Shown piece by piece: positions 40,301 to 52,300 of a stretch of DNA of 64,000 nucleotides. Position numbers and translations under genes: made by a program. Numbering within the stretch: the stretch's first letter is position 1; every line of letters starts with the position of its first letter. Origin of the DNA: Podarcis vaucheri (taxonomy: Eukaryota); assembly GCA_965113315.1 (NCBI GenBank), contig OZ220368.1. One strand, 5' to 3'. The notes beneath the pieces are model-generated. The model was not told the DNA's origin. It was given only the letters and a program-made list of their open reading frames with translations, and searched no databases.

Positions 40301-43300
40301 TAAGGTTTGGTATCAACCTACAAAGCCATAAATAATTTGGGACTAGGAATCCAAAGGAACGCCTTCTCCTGTACAGACCTTCCTGGTCATTAGGGCCATC
40401 TGCTGAGATCTTTATGGTTATGTGGAAGCTCATCTTACAGCAACCAGGAAGAGGTTTTTTTTTCCTGTGCATTGACAGTGCATGCTGAAACTATATGTCT
40501 TTACTGAAGGCTTTGCTGGCTATTGACAGCAGTCATTTGTCATAATTTTTATGTTATATTTTGAACTGCCTACCAAAGCTGTTAAGTTTATTTTGCTGTT
40601 ATTGTATTTTAATGGATTTTATTGTAAGCTGCCATGAGATGTTTTTATGATATGTGGTATGCAAATAGATTAATGGATGCAAGGTTAGAAAATGGGGAAT
40701 GTCCTGGTGTCAGCTTCTTGGGCTCTTCATCAGATCCCCCCCCCACACACATACAGAAGTGCAGGAAGACACCTGGTCATATCAGAGACTTTAACTCCCA
40801 AGACACTCCTGCAGGGACCCTGGGAAGCCAGCTGTGGATGTTATACAATCCATGACATCTTCCAACCCTTCTGTGACCTATATGGATGAGAAAACCAGCA
40901 CAGGCTGAAGAATCTGGTACATGCAGGGTGTATAGATTTGATGCACTGCACCAGTGTCACAGACCCCCAAGACAAACACGGATGCAGTTTATTTAAATTC
41001 CTTCTACCTCTCTAATAAAAGGGTATTAATAGGCCAATTATTCCCTATAACTCACTTTTCTAGCTTCGTTACCCAAGATTGAAAAAATGAATAAGCCAGT
41101 TTTTACAACCACACTAGCTCATCCTTTACGACATGCAGCAAGTCAAATCACATTAGCGTCTGTGACCTCATCACATTACACAGGTCTTGGCAGAGAGTCC
41201 AATTCATCATGTGAGTAAACATGACGGCTGCAGACTCTGAGATACTTATACAAGGATTGTTGAAAGGAAGTGAATCGGAAGTGCTTCTACCGTGTCCTAC
41301 GCTCTTCAACAAGTGAAAATGAAAACTTGGAAGAGCTTAGCAAGTCTGCTACTAGTCTGTACAGAGGCCAAAGTCAATCATGTATCAAATGCTGCCACTG
41401 GAACTCAGCCTAACAGATATTTAAGACAGTGCACAAACAAATGTTTGTTAACAGAGCTTCAGTCAATAAACAGCAGCTGAAGGTTTTTGAGCTTCTGCCA
41501 CCTTCAGTAAGCATAGCTGCAAAAAAGAGGACATCTAATATTTGCCAAAGTGTGTAAGGCCTCCACCCAGCCCAAAAGTGTGTAAGTGCCTCCACCCAGC
41601 GCAAATTCCAGAGTTTGGGAAGAGAACTGCAACTTGGCTAGATACCATATTTAATTCCATTGAACCCACTGAACCATTTCTGCAATTTTGCAAAACCAGT
41701 CTAAAATGAGAAAAAGCTTAGATGCAGAACCAGACACCTCCTGTTCTACACATTCAATGATACCACAAGTTTGTGACATGACATCACTAACTGTTTCTGT
41801 AGCAACTGTTTCCGACAGAAATGAATCAGTCAAACAGGGGGTGGCCAATTAGAGAGCAGTAGAACAGGCTTTATAGGCACACAAAGACTTTGTAACTGAC
41901 AAAAATAGGAAAGCAAATTATAGAACGTACAAATAACTTAATGAGCTCAATCTAATGGGTTTCAGGAATGCCTGCTATATTTAGATCTGCCCAACTGCAT
42001 CTTAAAAAGCAAAACAAAAACAGTGTTCCATAATGGAAATGGTAAAAGCTTTAAAATACANNNNNNNNNNNNNNNNNNNNNNNNNNNNNNNNNNNNNNNN
42101 NNNNNNNNNNNNNNNNNNNNNNNNNNNNNNNNNNNNNNNNNNNNNNNNNNNNNNNNNNNNNNNNNNNNNNNNNNNNNNNNNNNNNNNNNNCCTTTGTGGG
42201 GGGAAATCCCCTGGCTAGGAGAGCAAGAAACAACCTCCTGCTTGGCAGGGGGTTGGACTCGATGGCCCTTGTGGTCTCTTCCAACTCTATGATTCTATGA
42301 TTCTATGATTCCTTTTCTCTGAATTCTGATTTCAAAGAATTTTTTTAAATTAAAAACTACATACTTCCAAAATTCGTTTCCTTGGGGTTTTGGGGTGAGG
42401 AGGGAAGGGAACAATGCCAATATATTAATCAGTACTGTTCTATGCCAAGTGAGCAAATAGCAGGTCCAAGCATTTCAAAGCATGAGAATAGAAATTAAAG
42501 TAGTATTTTCTTGTGCACAAGAGTTGCCTGGCACAGTGTCCTCTTTACAGCTACAGGCTGGGACCTACAAGGCAGAGAAAAAGCCACAGCAGTAGAACAG
42601 TAGGATGCTCCACGGGATTGGAGAAGGGCTGAGTGGCAGAAGACGAATGTGCTGCTCAGATGAGCTGATGATGAGCCAGGCATAGGCCCCTAAATCTGGA
42701 TTCTGATATGCAGCTCTTAAGCTTAAGAATCTGGGGAATCACAACAAAAATCAACCCGTAATAAAATACCCAACAAGAATACGATCCCCAAGATATACTA
42801 CTGAAATAGTTTTGAGGAAGGCAGAATAAAGAGGCAGACTGAACCAATGGGCTGCACTATCGTAACTTATACCACACTGACTCTTCTCAAATCCACAAAC
42901 TCTGTCTTGCTCTGTCTTTAGTAGATGAGATTGCTTATACTACTCTTGTGTTCCATGGACACATGCAGGTGAGCAAAGCGTTTTTGAGAATGGTAATGTC
43001 CTTAAAAGCAACAACACAACAGACTTCAATAGTACTGCAGCACCTCAAAAGTGCCACCAATGAAGGCTTCTGATAAAATACTAAAGTCTTCTAAAGCTGA
43101 GAAACACCATGCAAATCTTATTTTATAATAAGTGTGTGTATTGAATGAGAGAGTACACCCTCAAGAACCCAAGATCCAGTAGAGAAAAGACAGAAACAGG
43201 ACTATGCTCCTGTTTAGTTTTAGTAGCTCTAGCCAAAAGCTATACCTCACAACAAGTAATTAGGATTGTTAAGACCTCAGGGTGGAGTAGCAACTTTGCA

Positions 43301-46300
43301 GTTGCAAAATTAAGTGGCGCTGCACAGGGCTGGGCAAGGAAAAAACCCATTTCATGTATTGGCTATAAAGGACATACTTTGCAGCTAAAATTCAAGTTCA
43401 TACAACGCTAATTTCAGATTGTCTGGAAGTTTAGCTCACATAATTGTAGGCTCTCACTTGTTCAGTTCTCAAGAGCTCTGGACTACAAGGCAGACTTATT
43501 TCAACAGCATCAAACATACCTGAAAGTATCTGCAGGAAAGTGTTATGGGTATGAGAAATCCCATTAGGAATAGTGTTGGTCTACATAGGAAATTTATTTT
43601 TAGTTATCACAACCTAAACTTTGGAGACAACATCCTGTAGTACAGAAGTTTCACAGTGCAAGGGGGAGCAGTTAAGGCAGTGTATAAAAGTAACAGAAGA
43701 AAAGCTGGAGCAAATTAATGCAAAAGGTACAGTGTTAATGCTCCTTTTATGAGCCTGTGACTTTTTTGTCCTATCCAATGATGAGAGGGAAGAAAGAACT
43801 GAAGGAATACAGAAACACTTACCTTATTTAATGATCTGTTCACAGACACTCAATCAAAGGGAGTGTAGCTAGAAATAGAAACTGCAGAAGAAAGCAGCCT
43901 CCAAACCTGAGATTGACAAAAATTACCTAAAAGCAAACTCAGCCGTCATAAAGGACTAGCCCAGTTCTGTCTTTGGACTCAAAAATATACCTCAAAGCTT
44001 GTGCTAATGAATAATGAGACACTACAGTGGTGCCTTGCAAGACGAAAAGAATTCGTTCCGCGAGTCTTTTCGTCTTGCAATGTTTTTCGTCTTGCGAAGC
44101 ACGGTCCGTCGCAACTGCGCCTCTTCAAGCGGATTTTTTAAAAAAGCGCAAGACGTTATTTTCACCTTGCGAAGCAAGCCCATAGGGAAATTCGTCTAGC
44201 GAAGCAACGCAAAAATGGAAAACCCTTTCGTCTAGCGAGTTTTTCGTCTTGCGAGGCATTCGTCTTGCGGGGCACCACTGTACTGCATGCAGTTATTTCA
44301 CTAGAAATCATGACTTCAGTATAAAGAACCAGACAGTTTGAACCACATTTGAGATAACATGAAATTCAATAGGCATTAAATACAAAGTATATTAACAACT
44401 GACAGCACTGTGGTCAGTAAACACCCATGATGAACTGAGTTCAAAGGAGTTTTATCCCCATGCTCTACATGATGAATTCAAGAAGCACATAGCATCCTAT
44501 TCTGTAATGCATCCTGTAATGGAACCTAAACAAATATAACTGAAATAGCCACGTATTCTTCCTTGCTCACCCCTGCTTTTGCTTTTTGCTCCAGGGGCAG
44601 GGACCTGTCCTCTGACTTGCTGTCAAGTGCCATGTATGCCAAAGGAGGTAAGACAGGGCTGCAATCTGAAGTACACTTAATTGAAAGTGCACCCCACTGA
44701 ACACAGGAGCAAACACAAAGTGTTGGAATGAGTAAAATACTGCTGCATAGTTATATGCAACTGAAATGCCTGCCAATGCGACCTTCCACTGACACCTATA
44801 CGAAAGAAAAGCTATATATTTATGTAAGTAAATTCTGTATTTACAAACTGCAAGGGGGGGGGGAGAGCTCATGTAAAAGGCAAACTTAGATGGGATACAA
44901 CTCAGAAGCAGCTAAAATACTGACAGTTACCGGTACCTAAATACCAAGCTGGCAAGACTGCTTGAAGCACCTAGTTTAAAGATGGGGACACAGGATTAAA
45001 GAACACAAAAATCTTCTTGAAATAATATAGAGCGACTGTAGGTTGAAGTTTGACTCATAATGTACATGCAACATATGTTTGGCAGGTAATCACTAACCAG
45101 TAGCATGAGTCAACTTTCCCTTTAAATTGTCTCAGTATCATAAGACTGGAAATGATGAAGGAGTATGCTAGAGGGATGGAGTGTGATTTTAGCCCAGTTT
45201 TTGCTAGCCTAGTACCCTTTAGATGTTTTAGACTACAGCTCCCATCAACCCCAGCCAGCACATGCACTACTAATACTCTAGAGATGAAGCAGATGATTGC
45301 TTTCACTTTTTTGCTTTCAGTTTTTGACATAGCCACAACCCTTGGGAGTCAAGCTCCTTTCACTCCTCCTAAGCTACCACACTTATTAAGAACACACGGT
45401 TAGCTCACCGGTAATTACATTGCAACACAGAGACACCATTAAAACACACCCTCTCCAAAACATTAAAAGCCTGAAAACGGCAAACTAGGAAAGTGACTTT
45501 ACAGGTTTCTGAAGAATGAAAACAGAATTCTACATGCAATCCTTTAGGGCTTAAAATGACATGTCAAAACTGGCAATTGTAAAATATTTTCACTTTTTTA
45601 AAAAAGGCAGTCCTATATTGTAAAATAAGATCTCCCCCCCCCCCATCTTATAGGGGCTGTGGTTACAGTTTAAAGGTATCCTAGTAACAGCAGCAGCGAC
45701 CAAGAAATGCCATTACTCTCCTGTGGTTTACCCCGGAAGTTTGTTTTTATTAATTATAATTATATACGCTCCCATCAATACACGTCCCTTGGGAGCCGAT
45801 CACCAAAATTAAACCCAATTAAAAATCAAAAGTAGGAGAGATAGATAGATGTGAGAGAGAAAACAAACCCCAGCATACCCAAACGACCTCATTTCCCCTT
45901 CCACAAAGGCAGCCCAAAGCAGTCCCGATGCAACTACAGCGGCGACTTCCAACTACCGGGTGGCGGAATTTAAAAGGCCCCACTCCCAAATTCCTCTCAC
46001 AACCCGCGTGCTTCTTCTTACCCTCGTGGGATTGAAGCCCAGAGTGGCGCTTCCCGGCTGAGAAGTTTCCATGGAGAGAGAGAGAGAGGGGAGAGGAGGG
46101 CAGGGTGGCCTTGCCTGGCTGCCCGCCGGCCCACGGGTGGCGAAGAGAGGCAGGGCAGGCGCCGCACCGCCAGAGGCAGGGGAGAAACTTTCCTTCGCCC
46201 TCCTCTGTTGAGTCAGACGCGCCGCCTCACCCCGAGGAGGGACAGTGGGAGGCGCTGCTCACAAGCGCCCTTCCTCCCCCCATTCACCTCCGCCGGCCTC

Positions 46301-49300
46301 CACGCTCGCTTCCCCGACGCGCCCCGCCCGGGCCCTGCCTCCCTCAGCCGGCGCCGAGGCGCTACTACGCCGGGGAGGAGAGGCTTCTTCCTCGCCCGGC
46401 CTGGCCTGGCTGGAAGCGGCACCGGGGCCGGCCGCGAGCCCTGCGTTGGCAAGGCGGGAAGCCCCGTTTCTCCGCAGGACACAAACGCCTACCTCGCCGC
46501 CGCTGCTTCGCGGCCTTGCCGTAAAGCCGCCCCTCAGCCCCTCCGAGTCCGGGGCGGGCGGGATCCGGGGCGAGGCCTGTGATGGCGAGACGCGGGTTCG
46601 AGGCGCCTCGCGGTTGGGGCCCAGCCCGGAGAGCAGCTTCACGCTTCCGACCCACGAGTGGGTGGGGAAGCGCTCAGGGACTCCACGGAGGGTTCCCCCC
46701 CCCCGGCCGCCTCTTCGGAGTGCAGTGGGAACGCTGCCATTCAGGCCTTTAATTACCCAATCTATGGCCTTTAAAACTGTGTAGGGGAGGGCGGTTACTG
46801 TTTTTGTTTGTTGCTAAGGTTTGCATTTTCGTTTAATTATATTGTCTACCGCCCTGTAATCCTCAGAGGAAGGCTAGTATGGGAATTTCAGGATTCTGTC
46901 CCAGCAGAATCTGTTTCACTGCTGGTGAGAAAGAAGGTGGGGGTCAGCATCTATTGGTAGGACTCTGGGCAATCTGCAGTTGAGATCATCAAGGATTTCT
47001 GACTTCCATTTTTTAAAAAACTGTTTTTGCTCTCCAAATAGGCTACCAGAATGAAGAAAACGGGGGGGGGGGGGGAGAGAGAGAGAGACCAGGAATGGCG
47101 TTTTGCTTCTGAAAATGAATTCATGGGCTGAAATGTATATGCTCAAAAAGTCCTTGATTGTTTTGACCTTGTTTCCAGCTGACTGGCCTCAAGGTGGCAA
47201 GGGGAGGGGGGGTGTTGATACACCCCTGGGTTAGGGGGTAGCCCATTTTTGGCAGACCTCCTCCTAGTGGTTTCTAGGATTTCCCAAAAATCCTGAGCCA
47301 GGTGGACCTTGGTTGATCCTGCATTTAAGATGCATTTACTGCTTTAATATGCTCATTGTTTGCTACCCTGGGCTTCTTTGGAAGGGTGGGATATAAGTTA
47401 AATAATAATAATACTATGACTTACATGTTTAAAACCTAATCTACACATGCAGAATGAGATGTTAAATTAGAATGCCACCACAGGCTTTGAACACTCCCAT
47501 GCAAAAAACACAAATCCACCAACACAAGCTAGCATATCATGGAGAATGGACTGTAGTCTCACCCACTTCTCACCGTGTTAGTTCTCTCTCAGAAAGCTCT
47601 TAGCACACGTTGTGTGCTGTACTGGAAACCAAGACCAAGCAAGAAAGCATACACAGGATAATTTAGCACAGATTAATTATGCTGCAACAAGCAAGCGATT
47701 CCAACTAAGTCCTATTGCTTTCTGGCAGAGCAATTCAAACCCCATCTGGGCAAAGGCAAGGTGTGATGAAGCAGCAATCACCACTGCAACTGCAGCCTTG
47801 TTCATTGTTTACACCTGCTAGGACAGAAGGTGGAAAGACAGGCAGAGTGATCACGCCTGATGCCATCAGATTATGCCAGTTGGAATGGCTCCAGTGGATT
47901 GTAGTCTGCTCAGTCCTTCCCTGCTTCCACAACACCCTATTTGAGAGCTTTCCAAGTGCTCTGCTGCACTTTCAGTAGGCAGCACAGAGTGCTCCAGGCC
48001 AGCAGACTGACACAAGTCAGGAGACTGACACCAGCTTTTCTAGTCTTCGCACCATCCAGCACCCACCTCCCAGTGCAGCAGATCAGGAGTTTGGACTGTA
48101 ACCAAAGTTTGTCATGCAACTGGTGGTGCAAGAGGTGTAGTTTTAAGTACATAGTGCATGTCAACCCACTCCTGTCATACGATAAAGTGACAAAAAGACT
48201 TTTGAGAACATAGTTACTATTTCTTCACGACTGACAATATCCTGAACCTCACCCCTATTTGAATTTTGACACTTTTAGTATTTTAAGTTTGCTTTATTAC
48301 ATGTGTACCCTGCCTTTCCTTCAAGGTACTCAGGGTAGTGTATGGGAGCTTATTCCATTTTATCATCATCTGCAAGGAAGGTGTTATTTATTTGATAGAT
48401 TTATATTGTGCCCTTTCTCTAAAATGGAGCATAGGCAGCTTACAGCAATAATAAATTACCATAATCAAAAGAAAATACTCAAATAAAAACAATGAACATC
48501 TGTGATAAAACTGTAGAACCTCACCACAAATACTACTTCAACATCTGAATGCCTGGACAAGTTCAACTCCTTTTACTTATTTATTTTTTGCAGTGGCTGA
48601 ATATCAAATGCCATTTGGGAGGGAATTTCAGAGGTGAAGGGCCACCACTAAAGTAGCCCTGCCTTATGTCACTTGTCCTTTCAAATAACAGTCAGTTACT
48701 CAAAGCCACCCAAGAGAGGACAGTTTTCTCAGATGTCTTGGTCCAAGTCCAACATAAACCATACAGATTCCCTAATGAACTGAATAGGCCAAGTAGGCCA
48801 TGGTTAATCCTTTGTAGTGCTGCTATGCAGTCCAAGCAAGCTGGTATTTTTAATTCCAAAAGTAAGTAGTAAGGCATTTGCAAACCTCAATTTTGAAAGT
48901 ATTTGATAGAATAGGTTGACAAGCAGAAGCACAGCTGCTACATTCTTGTTCACTGCTGTCATTAGGGCACCTTATGGAAACCTAGAATCTTTAAAAAGCA
49001 CTTGTTTCATAAGGACTTTAAACAAGCTAGTAATAAATCAAAACAGGGTGTTAAATTTTGACTACAGGGATGTTCCTACAGCCTTAAAAGGACTTGAGGC
49101 AGGACCATGACACACATTTACATACAAGTTTGCTAATGCAAATGTATAGTGCAAATTAGGCTGACTCAGAGGAAAAGCTGCCCTGTAAGTAAATTCAAAT
49201 AAGAAATAAAGGGGAGACATGGGGATGGATGGACACCAGATCTAGGGTCTAGTACATAAGATCCAGGGCCCAGCCCCCCCCCCATACTCCCTCCCAACAT

Positions 49301-52300
49301 CATTGCTTGACCACTGTATTTTGTATTGTTATAAATAATGAGACCCCGAAAAGTCATTATATCCAGAAAGAACAGGTGGGAAAATAAGAGACAAGGTTTC
49401 AAGTGCAGCACTTTTTAGATGTGTCACATTTTAGGGCAAATTGGACAGGTGTCTTCTACACAAACAAACCTGAAACCTACTTCATTATCTCAGTCAGAGC
49501 ATATTGTGACTAGGGCTGGGCAAGATTTTCAACATTGTGATGTATCACCAGCTAGACATTGCAGTTTGGCAATATACCACGATGTTGAAACAAAATCCAT
49601 TGGCCCCAGCCAGCTAGAGGCAGGGTGAAATTGCCACAGCTCTTGACGCTGGAGCTGGAACCCTTTCACTTCAATGCCTTGCAGGAGGGCCAATGCAGTT
49701 GGGCTAGGCCACTGCTCAGCTGGGGGGCAGGAGGGCTCCCCCCCCGCCAGCTGAGCGAATCCCGAGGCCTCAGCAGCATTGGGCTTTGCTCAGCTGTGGC
49801 GTAGAAGCCTCCCCCAATCCCATCTGCAGCATTGGATCACTCAGATGGGGTGGGGCTGGGGAGGCTTCTTCCACTCTGCATCTGAGCGATCCAACACCGC
49901 AGCAGCATTGGGCTTTGTGCAGCTGGGGCGTAGAAGAAGCCTTGCCCCCCAGTGATCCAATGCTGCTGAGGTGTCGGGGGTCGCCAGTTTCACAGAGCCC
50001 CCACCCTGCTGCCAACTTGGGCAAGCCAGCACTGGACAGGGGCACCATGAAATGCTTGGCTGAAGGGAGCGGCAACCGGGTGCCCCTCGGCCGAGCAGTT
50101 TAAAGATGTGGAGGGAGGAACAAGCTGTATAGGCACCTCGCCAGTGCAGCTTGTTTCTCTCTCTGTGCTGTATGTGGGCAGACCGCAATGTCAGTTTCAC
50201 TCAGCAGTATATCGCTGGTGAAACAGCTGCACTTCCGAGTCCCTCTGCTAGCAGCAACCCTTGGACGAAGTTATGCTGCTAGCTGAGGGACACAGGAGCG
50301 TGGCCGTTTCATCAGCGATATACCGCTGAGTGAAGCCAACATCACGGTCTGCTCCTCACACCAGTCCTGGGCAGTATATCAATATACCGCCCAGGCCTAA
50401 TTGTGACCTACAGCAAACAAAGTACTTAGGCTGTGCTCCACTTGTTTCTAGACATGAGTGCTTTTGAAGTTCAAGCACATTGTTCATGCAGAATGGAGGA
50501 AATTTATACCACCACTGTGAATATGGCACCTGCCACAAAGTGGAATGCTGGGGCAGTGTATAAAAGCCTGTTTTGAAGGTATGCATTTTTTACAGCCCAT
50601 TCATAGTTAAGAGAACCAGAGTGACACCTACTGTACAATGGTTGGGTTGTAAGCAGAGGCTGCAACAAAAGGCTTTTAGCAAATCGGGAATATTTTCCAG
50701 CACTTGAGTTTCTAGTAAGCATATTGGCGCAGCATCAATAAGCATTCTATAGTACATTATACCTACTATTAGCTGTGGAAGTAATGAATGAAATGATTAA
50801 TTTCCATGTTCCAGGTCTAGGTTTCCAGCTAAAGTAGAATCCAGTGCCATAAAGGTCCTCGTCCACTCTACTTGTTTACTGTACTATGTTTGCATTTGCT
50901 GATGCAACAAGCAGTAGTAGTCATTGTAGACAAGTCTTCTACAGCACAATCCTATACATGTCTAATAGTAAGTTCCCTTGATTTCACTGGGGCTTACTCC
51001 CAGGTAAGGAGATAAGAGTGATGCCTTTGTCTGCCATTTGGCAGATGACGTTGTTGTTGTTGGCATCTGTCTGTTTTGAGAGACAATGGAGTGTGCTTCC
51101 GAGGCACAGAAGTGACCACAATTACATTCATACTATTTAGTCTTTTGAAACTCAAAAGCAGGGTGCCTGATGATGTTTTTTTAAAAAATGGAACCAGATT
51201 TTTATCACATTTCCATTATAGCAAATCGGGGGGGGGGGGGAGAGAGATCTGGCTAACAACAAGATCCAAATGTATTAAAAACAAGCTAAAGCCCAAAATT
51301 TAAAATCTCAAACCGAAACCATGACCCTTTTCACACAGTCATAGAATTGTCAAGTTGAAAGGGTCTATGTGGGTCATCTAGTCCAACCCCTGCAATTCAG
51401 GAATATTTTGGCCAATGTTGAATCCACAACCGTGAGAGTGAGTGCTATGCTCAACCAACTGAGCTATAGCTATATCCTACAAACTGAGTTAATGCCTGAC
51501 TTTTGTGTGTGTAAGAGAAGAGAAATCTGACTTTTCAAGGTCCTTAATAAAGGATATAATGAATCATGCATTTATTGTGGGCTTCCTACTAGAACCAGGG
51601 ACTGGCCAAACATGGGCACTAGGATCTATGAGACTCCATCCAGCATCACCCCAGAGTCTTCTGCTAACCCCACCTGAGTGAATGGTATATTCATTTAATG
51701 ACCTCTAAATTTCCTAGCAATGCATCCAGTTCTGCATTTCTGAATATTTATGACTTTAAAAATAAATGTGCTTATTAACAGTAACCTTCTAGAGCAAGGC
51801 TGGGGAACCTTTGGCCAGGCAGGTGTAGTTGGAACTACAGCTGCTATCCTCCCTGACCATGCTAATGGGAATCTAAGAACATCTGGAGGGCCATAAGATC
51901 GCCAGCCCTATTATAAAGAAAACACTGTTCTGCCCAATAACTTTCTATCATTTCTGTCAAGTTCAATGCTGTTTGATAGGGTTAAGTCACCTTGGCAGCA
52001 TGGGAGTGGCAGGAGTGCTGTTCCTTTCTGTGTCAGCAGGATAGTGCAAGCACTTCTGGACTACATGCTGAAGCTCTTCCCAATGCCAGCATTAGCACAG
52101 CTTTTAGACAATAAACGTTGGTGTGGAGAGGAGCCAGTGTGGACTCCTCCCATAGAGTATTATGCTGTGGCTCAGGGAACTGGAGCACTGTTTTTGCAAT
52201 GTACAGACTTCCAAGCAGAAATCAGCTACATGGTTGCCTCCCTTTGCCATGAAGAAACAGGTATAACTATAATATTAAAAGCATATAGACTGCATTAGCA

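Noticed and set aside
41548-41606. ~30-bp tandem duplication (aagtgtgtaag(t)gcctccacccagc); a similar small duplication lies at ~52305-52335
   Set aside because: Two-copy slippage duplications with no spacers, so not an array.
46105-46784. Overlapping 89-179 aa ORFs in the 46-kb island
   Set aside because: Same CpG-island artefact.
51440-51467. tRNA gene suggested by an A-box-like agctcagttgg
   Set aside because: It is a degenerate SINE head fused to a CR1 tail and forms no cloverleaf.
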